Shown in pieces: positions 1 to 11,740 of a stretch of DNA of 64,000 nt; position 1 is the stretch's first letter; every line of letters starts with the position of its first letter. Made by a program: the position numbers and the translations under genes. Source of the stretch: Vicinamibacteria bacterium. Lineage in GTDB: Bacteria > Acidobacteriota > Vicinamibacteria > Marinacidobacterales > Marinacidobacteraceae. Below the pieces are notes generated by a model, which was not told the DNA's origin, did no database searches, and worked only from the letters and a program-made list of their open reading frames with translations. The stretch is taken from contig OZ246946.1 in the NCBI GenBank assembly GCA_965232015.1, positions 3,564,630 through 3,628,629 on the forward strand, given 5' to 3'.

Positions 1-1
1 G

Positions 2-259
2 TTCCGGTCGCTGAAGCACATCTACGCCCAGGTGATTGACGACACCGCCGGGCGCACCCTGGTGGCGGCGGGAAGCCGCGAGGTCGGAGTCGCTGACGGC
101 GGCAACGCCAGCGGCGCCACCGCGGTCGGGACTCTCCTGGCCGAGCGCGCCCGCACCGCCGGGATCCGGACCGTGGTCTTCGACCGCGGCGGAGTCAAGT
201 ACCACGGGCGGGTCAAGGCGCTCGCCGACGCCGTTCGCGCGGGAGGGATCCGATGCTGA
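2..259 (+). CDS. rplR: 50S ribosomal protein L18 (5' truncated by window edge)
   Basis: [14 protein letters not shown]...[25 protein letters not shown]; position before S5. Confidence 0.95.
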   Translation, partial: FRSLKHIYAQVIDDTAGRTLVAAGSREVGVADGGNASGATAVGTLLAERARTAGIRTVVFDRGGVKYHGRVKALADAVRAGGIRC

Positions 260-816
260 ACATGCGCCCCCCGGGGCGGCGCCCGCCCCGCGGGCCCCGC
301 AACATGCAGCTCGAGCGGACGGGAGATCCGGACCTCAAGGACAAGGTGGTCTCGATCAACCGTGTCACCAAGGTGGTGAAGGGCGGCAAGAACCTGTCGT
401 TCTCCGCTCTCGTCATCGTGGGCAACGAGAACGGCCGCGTGGGTTTCGGACTCGGCAAGGCCCGCGAGGTTCCCGCGGCGATCAAGAAGGGAATCGAGAT
501 CGCCAAGAAGAACCTGACCGAGATCCCGCGCGAGGGCACCACGATCATGCACAAGGTCGTCGGAGTCTTCGGAGCCGGCCGCGTTCTGCTGAAGCCCGCC
601 TCCGAAGGGACCGGAGTGATCGCGGGCGGCCCCGTCCGCGCCGTGATCGAGCTCGCCGGCATCCGCGACATCCTGACCAAGTCCCTCGGCACCGCGAACC
701 CGAAGAACGTGGTCGAGGCCACCATGGCCGGACTGCTGTCGCTCCGCACCCGGGAACAGGTCGCCGAGCTCCGGGGCAAGGACGTGAGCCACATCGAAGC
801 CGAGATGAAGGCATAG
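253..816 (+). CDS. rpsE: 30S ribosomal protein S5
   Basis: [12 protein letters not shown]...[14 protein letters not shown]...GTGVIAGG; exact start uncertain (253/262/304). Confidence 0.97.
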   Translation: MLNMRPPGRRPPRGPRNMQLERTGDPDLKDKVVSINRVTKVVKGGKNLSFSALVIVGNENGRVGFGLGKAREVPAAIKKGIEIAKKNLTEIPREGTTIMHKVVGVFGAGRVLLKPASEGTGVIAGGPVRAVIELAGIRDILTKSLGTANPKNVVEATMAGLLSLRTREQVAELRGKDVSHIEAEMKA

Positions 817-845
817 AGCAAGAGAGCAAGAAGGACAAGAACGCC

Positions 846-1085
846 ATGACATCCACCGGTTCCGAAGGAAGCCCAGACCGGCCGGCGGTCACCGTGCAGC
901 AGGTTCGCGGCCTCGCCGGCTCCACGCGGCATCAGCGGGCCGTCGTCCGCGGCCTCGGCTTGCGCCGCATCGGTCACACCGTGACCCGGCCGGACAACCC
1001 GATGACGCGGGGCATGGTGGCCCGGGTGCCGCATCTGGTTCGCATCATCGCCGCCTCGACGGAGAGCGGGAGGGACGAGTCGTGA
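846..1085 (+). CDS. rpmD: 50S ribosomal protein L30
   Basis: [13 protein letters not shown]...[11 protein letters not shown]; between S5 and L15; ATG at 846. Confidence 0.93.
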   Translation: MTSTGSEGSPDRPAVTVQQVRGLAGSTRHQRAVVRGLGLRRIGHTVTRPDNPMTRGMVARVPHLVRIIAASTESGRDES

Positions 1086-1599
1086 GTCTCCACGAGTTGA
1101 AGCCGCCCGCCGGCGCCGTCCGTCCGCGCAAGCGGCGCGGTCGCGGCCCCGGCTCCGGGACCGGCAAGACCGCCGGCCGGGGTCACAAGGGCGCCCGTTC
1201 CCGGTCCGGCTACTCGCTCCGGCGAGGCTTCGAGGGCGGCCAGATGCCGCTCATCCGCCGGGTGCCGAAGCGCGGGTTCACCAACATCTTTCGCCGCGAG
1301 TTCGAGATCGTGAATGTCTCCGATCTGGACCGGTTCGCCGATGGGGCGGTCGTCTCCGAGCGCGAGTTCGCGGAGGCCCGGCTGGTCCGGGGGCTCCGCG
1401 TGGTCCCCCGCGGCGAGGGCGAGGAGCCGAAGCTGGTTCGCCGCCGCGGCTTCCGGATCAAGGTGCTCGGCGACGGCGAAGTGGACCGGCGGTTGACGAT
1501 CCGCGCGCACGCGTTCAGCGGCGCCGCCCGCCGCAAGATCGAAGCGGCGGGCGGAACCTGCGAAGTGCTCGGCAACGGTCCCGAGGGTGGAGCCGGCTC

Positions 1600-1603
<4 letters not shown>
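1082..1603 (+). CDS. rplO: 50S ribosomal protein L15
   Basis: [19 protein letters not shown]...GFEGGQMPL...VPKRGF. Confidence 0.97.
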
Positions 1604-2982
<1,379 letters not shown>

Positions 2983-2998
2983 GGCTCGAGAGACTCCG

Positions 2999-3580
2999 AT
3001 GCGCGCGATCATCCTGCTCGGCCCTCCCGGCGCGGGCAAGGGCACGCAGGCGGAGCGTCTGGCCGCGGCGCTCGGGGTGGCGCACATCTCGACCGGCGCG
3101 ATCCTGCGCCAGGCCGCCGCCGAGGGAACCCCTCTCGGCCTCGAAGCGCGGCGGATCATGCAGGCGGGCGAGCTCGTCAGCGATGCGCTGGTTCTCGACA
3201 TCGTCGAGGAGCGGGTGCGCGCCGACGATTGCCGCGAGGGGTTCATCCTCGACGGCTATCCGCGGAACCGGGCCCAGGCGGAGGCGCTCGATGGTCTGCT
3301 GCTCCGGATCGGCGCCGCTCCGGTCGTCGTCAACATCGCCGTTCCGACCGCGGAGCTGGAGTCCCGCATCCGTTTTCGCCGGCTCGAAACCGGGCGGGAG
3401 GACGACGCGGAGGCTGCGGTTCGGCGCCGCCTCGCGATCTACGATGCCGAATCCCGTCCCCTCCTCGACCACTACCGGGATCGGGTGAAACTGATTTCGG
3501 GGCTGGGCTCGCGCGATGAAGTGTTCGAACGTCTCCAGGAGCAGATCCTCGGGGAACTCGTCGGAGCCGGCGTCGCATGA
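2999..3580 (+). CDS. adk: Adenylate kinase (short-LID type)
   Basis: GPPGAGKGTQA, HISTG, GFILDGYPR, REDD. Confidence 0.96.
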   Translation: MRAIILLGPPGAGKGTQAERLAAALGVAHISTGAILRQAAAEGTPLGLEARRIMQAGELVSDALVLDIVEERVRADDCREGFILDGYPRNRAQAEALDGLLLRIGAAPVVVNIAVPTAELESRIRFRRLETGREDDAEAAVRRRLAIYDAESRPLLDHYRDRVKLISGLGSRDEVFERLQEQILGELVGAGVA

Positions 3581-4377
3581 CCGTACGCACCGACGTCGAG
3601 CTGGACAAGCTCCACCAGGCCAACGCCATCACCGTGGAGACGCTCGAGCTGCTGTCGCGGAACGTGGAGCCGGGCATGACGACGGCGCGGCTCGACCGGA
3701 TGGCGGCCGCGAACCTGAAGCGGCACGGCGTACGGCCCGCGTTCAAGGGGTACCGCGGCTTCCCGGCGACGCTTTGCGTCTCGGTGAACAACGAAGTGGT
3801 GCACGGGATTCCGTCGCGGTGGCGGCGCCTGCGCGACGGCGACATCGTCAGCCTGGACTTCGGTTGCATCGTGGACGGCTACTACGGCGACAACGCCATC
3901 ACCGTCCCGGTCGGTGACGTGACGCCGGAGGCGGCCCGTCTGCTCGAGGTGACCGAAGAGGCCCTTCACGCCGGGATCGCGGCGGCGCGTCCCGGGAGTC
4001 CGGTGGCTTCGATCGGGACCGCCGTGTCGAGCATCGTGGAGCGGCGGGGCTACTCGGTCGTTCGCGAGTACGGCGGGCACGGGATTGGAACCAGCCTGCA
4101 CTCGGATCCGTTCGTTCCCAACTTTCGGGATCCGAGACACACCACGAAACTGGTCCCCGGCGGGGTGATCGCCATCGAGCCGATGGTGAACCACGGCGGG
4201 TCGGGCGTGCGCGTCAAGCGCGACCGTTGGACCGTGATCACCCGGGACGGCAGTCTGTCCGCCCATTTCGAGCGCTCCATCGCCATCACCGACGACGGGG
4301 CCTGGATCCTCGCCGAGCCCCGCGGGACGGCTCGCGAGATGCGGGACGACGCCTCTGTCAGGGGAAGGAAGACATGA
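3577..4377 (+). CDS. map: Methionine aminopeptidase type I
   Basis: [34 protein letters not shown]. Confidence 0.96.
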   Translation: MTVRTDVELDKLHQANAITVETLELLSRNVEPGMTTARLDRMAAANLKRHGVRPAFKGYRGFPATLCVSVNNEVVHGIPSRWRRLRDGDIVSLDFGCIVDGYYGDNAITVPVGDVTPEAARLLEVTEEALHAGIAAARPGSPVASIGTAVSSIVERRGYSVVREYGGHGIGTSLHSDPFVPNFRDPRHTTKLVPGGVIAIEPMVNHGGSGVRVKRDRWTVITRDGSLSAHFERSIAITDDGAWILAEPRGTAREMRDDASVRGRKT

Positions 4378-4595
4378 CGAAGGAAGGAGCGATTTCGGTG
4401 GAGGCGATCGTCCTCGAACCACTGCCCAACGCGATGTTCCGGGTCAAGCTGGACACCGCCGACCACAAGGTGCTCGCCCACGTATCCGGGAAGATGCGGA
4501 AGAGTTTCATCAAGGTGCTGCCCGGGGATCGGGTGCTCGTCGAGCTCTCCCCCTATGACCTGAGTCGCGGCCGCATCGTGTACCGGTGCAAGTAG
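4374..4595 (+). CDS. infA: Translation initiation factor IF-1
   Basis: LPNAMFRV...AHVSGKMRK...[21 protein letters not shown]; ATG 4374 overlaps map stop. Confidence 0.97.
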   Translation: MTKEGAISVEAIVLEPLPNAMFRVKLDTADHKVLAHVSGKMRKSFIKVLPGDRVLVELSPYDLSRGRIVYRCK

Positions 4596-4628
4596 CGCCA
4601 TGAACCGGGTCATCCCAGGGAGCCACCC

Positions 4629-4742
4629 ATGAAGGTACGCGCGTCGGTGCGTCGGATGTGCGCCAAGTGCCGGATCATCCGTCGCCGGAGAGTGGTCCGG
4701 GTGATCTGCGAGAACCCCAAGCACAAGCAGCGTCAGAAGTGA
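4629..4742 (+). CDS. rpmJ: 50S ribosomal protein L36 (Zn-ribbon form); not in ORF track
   Basis: Manual translation [37 protein letters not shown]. Confidence 0.96.
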   Translation: MKVRASVRRMCAKCRIIRRRRVVRVICENPKHKQRQK

Positions 4743-4817
4743 GCGGAGTGATGAGGGGTTTCGTCCGATCCGGCGCCTTCGCCACCGCGCTCACGGTCAC
4801 CTGAGGAGGAACGTTCC

Positions 4818-5180
4818 ATGGCCAGAATCGCCGGCGTGGACCTGCCGCGTCGCAAGCGGATCGACATCGGTCTGACCTACATCTTTGGAGTCGGCCCCCA
4901 CCGGGCCGGCCGGGTGCTGGCGAAGGCGGAGATCGAGCCGCATCGCAAGGTCAGCGAGTTGTCGGAAGAGGAGGTGAGCCGGATCACCCGGGTCATCGAC
5001 GCCGAAGGGGGTGTCGAGGGAGACCTCCGCAAGCGGATCTCCATGGATCTCAAGAGGCTCATGGATATCGGTTGCTACCGCGGCCTCCGCCATCGTCGGG
5101 GGCTCCCGGCGCGGGGACAGCGAACCAAGACGAATTCCCGCACCCGGCGCGGTCCGCGGCGCGGCATGCGCCGCCGCTGA
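4818..5180 (+). CDS. rpsM: 30S ribosomal protein S13
   Basis: [10 protein letters not shown]...[22 protein letters not shown]; GAGGAGG RBS. Confidence 0.97.
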   Translation: MARIAGVDLPRRKRIDIGLTYIFGVGPHRAGRVLAKAEIEPHRKVSELSEEEVSRITRVIDAEGGVEGDLRKRISMDLKRLMDIGCYRGLRHRRGLPARGQRTKTNSRTRRGPRRGMRRR

Positions 5181-5212
5181 GGCGAGACCCAAAGGGAACC
5201 GACTGAGGAAAC

Positions 5213-5611
5213 ATGGCCAAGAAGAAAGCGAAGCGCCGCACCGGCAAGAGGCGCGAGAGGCGCACTCTGACCGCCGGCGTGGTATCCATCCAGGCGACCT
5301 ACCACAACACGATCGTGACCTTCGCTGATCCGGCGGGCAACGTGGTGTGCTGGTCGAGCGCCGGAGCGCAGGGCTTCACCGGATCGCGCAAGCAGACCCC
5401 GTTCGCCGCCCAGCAGGCGGCGGGGGCGGCCGCCCGGGAGGCCCGTACGCTCGGGTGCACCCATGTGGACGTCCACGTCAAGGGGCCGGGTTCCGGGCGC
5501 GAGGCGGCGATTCGCGCCGTGGCCGCGGCTGGAATCGAGGTCAAGACGATCCGGGACGTGACGCCCATCCCCCACAACGGGTGCCGGCCCCCCAAGAAGC
5601 GACGGAACTAG
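5213..5611 (+). CDS. rpsK: 30S ribosomal protein S11
   Basis: [43 protein letters not shown]. Confidence 0.97.
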   Translation: MAKKKAKRRTGKRRERRTLTAGVVSIQATYHNTIVTFADPAGNVVCWSSAGAQGFTGSRKQTPFAAQQAAGAAAREARTLGCTHVDVHVKGPGSGREAAIRAVAAAGIEVKTIRDVTPIPHNGCRPPKKRRN

Positions 5612-5621
5612 GAGAAGCGAC

Positions 5622-6254
5622 TTGGCCAGATATCGAGGTCCCGTGTGCCGGTTGTGCCGGCGCGAAGGGGCAAAGCTGTTCCTGAAGGGCGAGCGCTGTC
5701 TCACCCCGAAGTGCGCCATCGACAAGCGGAACTTCGCGCCCGGCGCCCACGGGAAGTCCCGTCGCAGCCGGGTGCAGGGCTACGGGCTCCAGTTGCGCGA
5801 GAAGCAGAAGGCGAAGCGCGTGTACGGCGTGCTCGAGCGTCAGTTCCGTCTCTACTTCAAGCAGGCGGAACGGCAGCGCGCCGTCACCGGCACCTACCTG
5901 CTCCAGCTTCTCGAGCGCCGGCTCGACAACGCCGTGTACCGCCTCGGCCTCGCGCCGTCGCGGGCGGCGGCGCGCCTGTTCGTGCGCCACGGCCACGTTC
6001 AACTCAACGGGAAGCGAGTGGACATCCCTTCGTACATCGTGAATCAGGGTGACGTGATCTCGGTGGCGGAGAGGACCCGGAAGAAGGACTTCTTCCAGCA
6101 GATTCTCGAGACCGCCGAAGGCCGCACGGTTCCGGACTGGATCCAGCGCGCGCCCGAGGATCTCGCCACCGGCAAGGTCACCGCGCTCCCGACCGGTGAC
6201 GACCCGCAGCTCAAGATCCGTGAGCAGCTCATCGTTGAGCTGTACTCCCGCTAG
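5622..6254 (+). CDS. rpsD: 30S ribosomal protein S4 (Zn-binding form, TTG start)
   Basis: CRLCRREG.KLFLKGERC, LREKQK, LERRLDN, IVELYSR. Confidence 0.97.
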   Translation: MARYRGPVCRLCRREGAKLFLKGERCLTPKCAIDKRNFAPGAHGKSRRSRVQGYGLQLREKQKAKRVYGVLERQFRLYFKQAERQRAVTGTYLLQLLERRLDNAVYRLGLAPSRAAARLFVRHGHVQLNGKRVDIPSYIVNQGDVISVAERTRKKDFFQQILETAEGRTVPDWIQRAPEDLATGKVTALPTGDDPQLKIREQLIVELYSR

Positions 6255-6264
6255 GAAGGATCCC

Positions 6265-7236
6265 GTGACGAACGAAGCCACCCTGGAACTGCAGAGCCCT
6301 CGCGGACTCCACGTCGAGGAGAGCACCGAGACCTATGGCCGCTTCTCCGCCGCTCCGTTCGAGCGCGGCTGGGGGGTCACGGTCGGGAACGCGCTCCGCC
6401 GCATGCTGATCGCTTCGATCGAAGGCGCGGCGGTGACCGCCATCCGCTTCGAGGGAGTGCAGCACGAGCTGTCCACGATCCCGGGAGTCAAGGAAGACAC
6501 CCTCGACATCATCCTGAACATCTCGCGCGTTCCGCTGCGGGTCCACGGATCCGAGGCGCGCACGATTCGTCTCCAGTGCCGGAAGCCGTCCGTGCTGACG
6601 TCCGGTGCGATCAAGACCGATCCCAACGTGGAGATCCTCGATCCGGACGTGCACATCGCCACGATGACCGAGCCGGGGAATCTCGATATCGAAATGCGGG
6701 TTCGGAATGCGCGCGGTTACGTCACCTCGGAGCGGAACCGGGAGCGGGAAACCGGACTCGACACCGCCTACATTCCGGTGGACTCCTCCCACTCGCCGGT
6801 CCGCCGGGTGAACTTCAAGGTGGAGCCCGCCCGCGTGGGGCAGGACACCGATTTCGACCGCCTCATCCTCGAGATCTACACGAATGGAGCGGTTCGACCC
6901 CAGGAGGCGCTCGGCACCGCCGGCCGCCTTCTGCGCGACATGCTCGGGATCTTCGTCGGCGGCGACGATGAGGATGGCGACGGGATTCCCGTTTCCGACG
7001 ATCAGCGCGCGTTCGATCGTTATCGCGAGGTTTCGATCGACGAGTACCAGGATCAGCTCTCGGCGCGCGCCTACAACGGTCTCCGCAACGCCGACATCGG
7101 GACTCTCGGAGACCTGGTGCTCAAGAGCGAGCAGGATCTGTTGCGCGAGCGGAACATCGGCCGCAAGAGCATCGAGGAGATCCAGCGGCTGCTCGAGCCC
7201 CTGAACCTGCGGCTCGGTATGGGAGGTCCGGACTGA
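6265..7236 (+). CDS. rpoA: RNA polymerase alpha subunit
   Basis: PFERGWGVTVGNALRR, PVRRVNF, LSARAYNGL, NIGRKSIEEI; GTG start at 6265 inferred. Confidence 0.96.
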   Translation: MTNEATLELQSPRGLHVEESTETYGRFSAAPFERGWGVTVGNALRRMLIASIEGAAVTAIRFEGVQHELSTIPGVKEDTLDIILNISRVPLRVHGSEARTIRLQCRKPSVLTSGAIKTDPNVEILDPDVHIATMTEPGNLDIEMRVRNARGYVTSERNRERETGLDTAYIPVDSSHSPVRRVNFKVEPARVGQDTDFDRLILEIYTNGAVRPQEALGTAGRLLRDMLGIFVGGDDEDGDGIPVSDDQRAFDRYREVSIDEYQDQLSARAYNGLRNADIGTLGDLVLKSEQDLLRERNIGRKSIEEIQRLLEPLNLRLGMGGPD

Positions 7237-7237
7237 T

Positions 7238-7591
7238 ATGCGGCATCGTCACGCCCATCGCAAGCTGGGGCGGAACCCGGCGCACCGGAAGGCGCTCCTG
7301 CGGAACCTGTCGGTGACCCTGATCCAGCACGGGCATCTGCGCACGACCGTCGCGAAGGCGAAGGAAGTGCGTCCGTTCGTGGAGAAGCTGGTGACGCTCG
7401 GTCGTCGCAGCGATCTCCATGCCCGTCGTCGGGCCCTTCAGATCCTGCCCCACAAGGACGTCGTGGCCCATCTGTTCTCCAAGGTCGGGCCGAAGTTCAC
7501 CGACCGGCCGGGCGGTTACACGCGGATCCTGAAGCTGGGCCCCCGAAAGGGCGACGGCGCCCCGATGGCCCGCATCGAGTTCGTCGAGTAG
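7238..7591 (+). CDS. rplQ: 50S ribosomal protein L17
   Basis: MRHR..RKLGR..HRKALL..RPGGYTRILKLGPRKGDGAPMA. Confidence 0.97.
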   Translation: MRHRHAHRKLGRNPAHRKALLRNLSVTLIQHGHLRTTVAKAKEVRPFVEKLVTLGRRSDLHARRRALQILPHKDVVAHLFSKVGPKFTDRPGGYTRILKLGPRKGDGAPMARIEFVE

Positions 7592-7592
7592 A

Positions 7593-7672
7593 TATGGAGC
7601 GCCGCTCTCCAGAGCGGCACGGCTGAGCTTGGTCTCTGTCCTCCGTGCCGGACTGGAGTCCGGCGTTCCATA
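7593..7672. repeat. REP-like inverted doublet (REPIN-like)
   Basis: GGAGC-GCCGCTCT-CC-AGAGCGGC-AC at 7596-7620 facing reverse copy GT-GCCGGACT-GG-AGTCCGGC-GTTCC at 7645-7669. Confidence 0.8.
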
Positions 7673-7701
7673 GGGCCCGCCCGAAGAAGAGGGGGGAGAG
7701 G

Positions 7702-7733
7702 TTCGGAGAGGGGGGATTCGTCTCCCCTCTCCG
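7702..7733. terminator. GC-rich hairpin between convergent rplQ and EF-G paralogue
   Basis: TCGGAGAGGGG...CCCCTCTCCGA stem; no clear U-tract. Confidence 0.35.
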
Positions 7734-7895
7734 AGAGAGAAAGTGATGTTGATCGCGACCTGGAGCGGAGCGAAGGTTGCGATCTGAGGCGCGAAGCGCC
7801 GAGCGGGCCGGGGAGGGGGCCGCTCTCGAAGGCTCGTGGGACTTCATCAGTGCGGTTCCAACGGATCCGCGGCCCCCTCCCCGGCCCGCCCGGTG

Positions 7896-9950
7896 TTACC
7901 GGTGGGCCTCGATGATCTGCTGCGCCAGGTTCCCCGGGACCGGGTCGTAGCGCGAGAACTCCATGTGGAACCCGCCGCGCCCGCCGGTGAGTGAGGTCAG
8001 CGTCGGCTCGTAGGTCAGCATCTCCGCCATCGGCACCTCGGCCTCGATGGTGGTCCGGTTTCCCTTGCTGTCCATGCCCTGGGTGCGACCCCGGCGCGCG
8101 TTCAGGTCGCCGAGCACATCCCCCATGGCCTCGTCGGGCACGGTGATCTCCACCTTCATGATCGGCTCGAGCAGCGTCGGGCGGCACTTCGCCATCGCGT
8201 CCTTGAACGCGAGCGAAGCGGCGATCTTGAACGCGATCTCCGACGAGTCCACGGTGTGGAACTTGCCGTCGAACACGGTGGCCCGGAAGTCCACGACCGG
8301 ATACCCCGCGAGGTAGCCCTTCTGCCGGGCCTCCTGGAAGCCCTTCTCGATGGCCGGGATGAACTGCTTCGGAATCGCGCCACCCACGACCTTGCTGGCG
8401 AACTCGAAGTCCTCCCCGCGTTCGATCGGCTCCACCCGGACGTGGCAGTCGGCGAACTGGCCGTGCCCGCCCGATTGCTTCTTGTGCCGGCCGTGGGCGT
8501 CGGCGCCGACGGTGATGGTCTCCCGGTAGGGAACGCGCGGCGGCTTCAGGTCCACTTCCACGCCGTACTTGCGTTTCAGCCGCGAGACGACGATCTCGAT
8601 GTGGAGCTGGCCGGTGCCGGAGAGCTGAAGCTCCTGGTCCCGCAGGAAGCGAAGCGTGAGGTCCTCCTCGCGCAGGCGGGCGAGCGCGACCGAGATCTTC
8701 TCCTCATCACCGCGGGACCGCGGCACGATGGCGAACGTGATCACCGGATGGGGGACATCGGGACGGATGAACCGGATCCCGTCGCCGGCGGTGAGCGTGT
8801 CGCCGGTGGCGGTCTCCTTGAGCTTCGCGAAACACCCGAGGTCCCCGGCGGCGAGCGCGGCGACCGGTTCGAGGTGCTTGCCGTTCATCGTGTTCACGCC
8901 GCCGATCCGCTCCATCGCGCCGCTCGTCAGGTTGCGCAGCGGAGCGTCCGCGCGGAGCGTTCCGGTCATCACCCGGAACAGGCTCAGCCGGCCGGCGAAC
9001 GGGTCGGCGATCGTCTTGAACACATAGACGCTCGGCGAGGCATCCGATGTCACCGGGCACTCCCCGGGCGTTTTGTCCTCGTTCACGCCGCGGGCCGGGC
9101 CCCGTCCCGCCGGGTCCGGCGTGAACCGACGCGCGAAGTCGAGGAGCGCGGTCGTCCCGATGTTCCTGGCTCCGGCCACCGCCACCACCGGAAAGATGGC
9201 TCGATTCGCCACCGCGCGGCCGAGGCCCTCGACCAATTCCTCCTGCGTCAGCTCGTCGTTGTCACAGAACTGCTCGAAGAGGTCATCGTCGGACTCGGCG
9301 ATCACCTCCATGAGTTCCATCCGGGCCTCCTCCGCCGCGTCCCGCAGGTCGGCGGGGATCTCGCCCACCTGCGCCTTCTTCCGGTCGGGGCCGGGGCCGG
9401 CGATGGCTTTCATGTGGATCAGATCCACGACCCCGGCGAAGGAGGATTCCTTGCCGATCGGGAGCTGCACCGGGATCGCGCTCCGGCCGAACGTCTCCCG
9501 GATCCCCGCGAGCGCCCGGTCGAACGAGGCCCGCTCGCGGTCGAGACGGGTCACCGCCAGCACGGCCGCGGTCCCGTTCGCCTCGGCGAACCCGAACACG
9601 CGCTCGGTGTTCACGCCCAGGCCGTCCACGCCGCACACCGTGATCAGCGCGGTGTCCGCGACCGGCATCGCGAGTCGGGCTTCGGTGATGAAGTTGCTGT
9701 ACCCGGGCGTATCGAGCAGGTTCAGCTTGGCGCCCCCCCACCCGCAATGCGTCAGGGCCGCGTTCAGGCTGTGGGACCGGGCGATCTCGTCATCGTCGAA
9801 ATCGGTGACGGTGTTGCCCTCCTCCACCCGTCCGAGGCGCGTGACCGCGCCGGCGGTGTAGAGGAGGGCCGAAACCAGGGTCGTCTTGCCCGAAGTTCCA
9901 TGCCCGGCGACGGCGATATTCCGGATCTCGGCGGTCTGGGTCAGGCTCAT
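7896..9950 (-). CDS. Elongation factor G-like paralogue (EF-G2)
   Basis: GHGTSGKTTL, LDTPGY, TRLD, PYRETI, KKQSGGHGQF, VDSSEIAF, LLEPIM; GGAGG RBS before ATG 9950. Confidence 0.93.
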   Translation of the reverse strand: MSLTQTAEIRNIAVAGHGTSGKTTLVSALLYTAGAVTRLGRVEEGNTVTDFDDDEIARSHSLNAALTHCGWGGAKLNLLDTPGYSNFITEARLAMPVADTALITVCGVDGLGVNTERVFGFAEANGTAAVLAVTRLDRERASFDRALAGIRETFGRSAIPVQLPIGKESSFAGVVDLIHMKAIAGPGPDRKKAQVGEIPADLRDAAEEARMELMEVIAESDDDLFEQFCDNDELTQEELVEGLGRAVANRAIFPVVAVAGARNIGTTALLDFARRFTPDPAGRGPARGVNEDKTPGECPVTSDASPSVYVFKTIADPFAGRLSLFRVMTGTLRADAPLRNLTSGAMERIGGVNTMNGKHLEPVAALAAGDLGCFAKLKETATGDTLTAGDGIRFIRPDVPHPVITFAIVPRSRGDEEKISVALARLREEDLTLRFLRDQELQLSGTGQLHIEIVVSRLKRKYGVEVDLKPPRVPYRETITVGADAHGRHKKQSGGHGQFADCHVRVEPIERGEDFEFASKVVGGAIPKQFIPAIEKGFQEARQKGYLAGYPVVDFRATVFDGKFHTVDSSEIAFKIAASLAFKDAMAKCRPTLLEPIMKVEITVPDEAMGDVLGDLNARRGRTQGMDSKGNRTTIEAEVPMAEMLTYEPTLTSLTGGRGGFHMEFSRYDPVPGNLAQQIIEAHR

Positions 9951-10228
9951 GGTCCTCCGTGGACGGGGACCGCGGCGGCCCCGCAAAATGGGACAGCCGG
10001 ACCGCTCCGGCGGACAGGAACGCACGCCGAGAGGTCCGGCTACCGTCTGGAACGGGCAACGCAGGCCGACCGGGAATGGCCACGACTGCGTCCGAAGTGG
10101 AACCGCCGATCCTACCATCCGCAACCGGTGTCTCCGAGACGCCGACGGGTCCCCGGTGCTACCCTTCATTCGGTCCGGCGGGGTGCCGGGTCCGGTCCTT
10201 CTCGGGGAGCTGTCGCGGGACATCTCAA

Positions 10229-11164
10229 GTGCCGTTTTCGTCCCGATTCCTCGCCCGGCGACGCCGGGAACCGCTGGCGGTTTCGCTCGGACGGCGCGGT
10301 CTGGTGGCCCGAACCGTGGGCGGACGCTGGATCCGGATCCCGTTTCCGGCGAACTTCCTGAACCCCTCCGCCACCGAGCCGAACCTGGCGGCGCCGGCTG
10401 AAGCGGCGCGTCTCATCTTCGCGGCGCGCGACGCGCTCGGGGCCGGGAACCGGCGGTTCGAGCGGGCGGTCATCGCCCTCTCCGACCGCGCGGTCCACGC
10501 CGCGCTCGAGACCGGGGCTGCGTCGCGCGATCTGCGCGGGCTTCGTTCCCGGCTGGTGGCGGCGCTCACGGCGGGCTCCGGATCGCCCGATCCGGGGCTC
10601 GACCGGCGCTTTCGCTTCGGGACGATGCCGACCGGGCCGCGTCGGGGCCGGGCGGTCCTCGGCGCGGTGAGCGCGACGGCGGTCGTCTCGCAGTACGAAG
10701 CTGCGGTCGAGGCCGCCGGCCTGAGGCCGGGGTGGGTGGACGCGATCAGCCTGGCGACGGTGCCCGAGTGGCTTTCGCGGCGCCCGGGTTCCGGGCCGAG
10801 GGCGCTCCTCCTGCTCCACCTCCGCCACTTCGTCCTGGTCGGAGCCGACCGGGGGCGGTTGACCGGCTTCCGGATGCGGCTGCGGGCGCGGCTGGATCCG
10901 GAGCCTCCGGTGCTGGCGGTTCGGCGGCTGGCGGCGTCCGGCGTCCGGCCCGCCACCGCGGTCTGGGGTCACGGCGCCGAGGCCGTCAGCGACGCGCTCG
11001 GAAGGAGCGGGCTCGAGGTGGCCGACGTGAAGCCCGGTCCCGGCGAATCCGACGCGGAGGTCGCGTTGTCGCCGGTCGTGGAAGCCGCGCTGGCGGCGCT
11101 CCTCCGCCGGCTCGGCGCCCGACCGGCGCCGCTCGCCGCCGCCCCGGTGGCCCCGGCCGCCTGA
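10229..11164 (+). CDS. PilM-like (actin-like) pilus/T2SS assembly protein, divergent
   Basis: PSATEPNL, VVSQYEAAVEAAGLRPGWVD; first of three pilMNO-like genes; GTG start inferred. Confidence 0.5.
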   Translation: MPFSSRFLARRRREPLAVSLGRRGLVARTVGGRWIRIPFPANFLNPSATEPNLAAPAEAARLIFAARDALGAGNRRFERAVIALSDRAVHAALETGAASRDLRGLRSRLVAALTAGSGSPDPGLDRRFRFGTMPTGPRRGRAVLGAVSATAVVSQYEAAVEAAGLRPGWVDAISLATVPEWLSRRPGSGPRALLLLHLRHFVLVGADRGRLTGFRMRLRARLDPEPPVLAVRRLAASGVRPATAVWGHGAEAVSDALGRSGLEVADVKPGPGESDAEVALSPVVEAALAALLRRLGARPAPLAAAPVAPAA

Positions 11165-11185
11165 GGGGTCGGGGAGTCCGGCGCC

Positions 11186-11740
11186 GTGGCCCGCATCCCT
11201 CCCGGGATTCAGCTCGGCAGCTCCCGAACTCCGGTCCTCCTCCGGGTGCTGACCGCCGCTTCGGCGCTGGCTCTCGCCGGCGCTGCGGTCGGCGCCTGGG
11301 AGATGCGGCGCCACCGCCATGAGCTCACCGCCATCGGGACGACGGCCACCGGCTCGGGCGCCTCTCCAGCCGCAGCGGACCGGGAGCTCGACCGGGAGCT
11401 CGACCGGGCCCGCTCCCGCGAGGCCGCAACGCTCCTCCTCGCCGGGGCGGAGCGAAGCGCTCGCTTCGGGACAGCCCTCGACGCCATCGCCGCCGTCGGG
11501 CCCGGAGACCTGCGGATCACCGGCGTCGAGCTTCGTCCCCGCGGCGAAGCCGGAGGCGTGGAGGCGGCGGTGGCGGCGGAGGCTCCGACATCCGACGCCA
11601 TCGCGGCGTTTCTCGCGTCGCTCGCCGGAATGGACGCGGTGCAATCCACCGGCGAGATCCAGGAGACCCGCACTTCGGCGGGATTCGTCAGCGTGCGGGT
11701 GACGGTGCGCCTTGGGCCCGGGCGCCCGGAGGGCTTCTGA
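11186..11740 (+). CDS. PilN-like membrane-anchored protein
   Basis: N-terminal TM helix, coiled segment, then LRITGVEL / AIAAFLASL ferredoxin-like pattern. Confidence 0.5.
   Translation: MARIPPGIQLGSSRTPVLLRVLTAASALALAGAAVGAWEMRRHRHELTAIGTTATGSGASPAAADRELDRELDRARSREAATLLLAGAERSARFGTALDAIAAVGPGDLRITGVELRPRGEAGGVEAAVAAEAPTSDAIAAFLASLAGMDAVQSTGEIQETRTSAGFVSVRVTVRLGPGRPEGF

Noticed and set aside
7740-7895. Structured ncRNA between rplQ and the EF-G paralogue
   Set aside because: Short GC-rich hairpins (GAGCGGAGCGA, GCGAAGC) are present, but no recognisable RNA family; more likely a repeat remnant.
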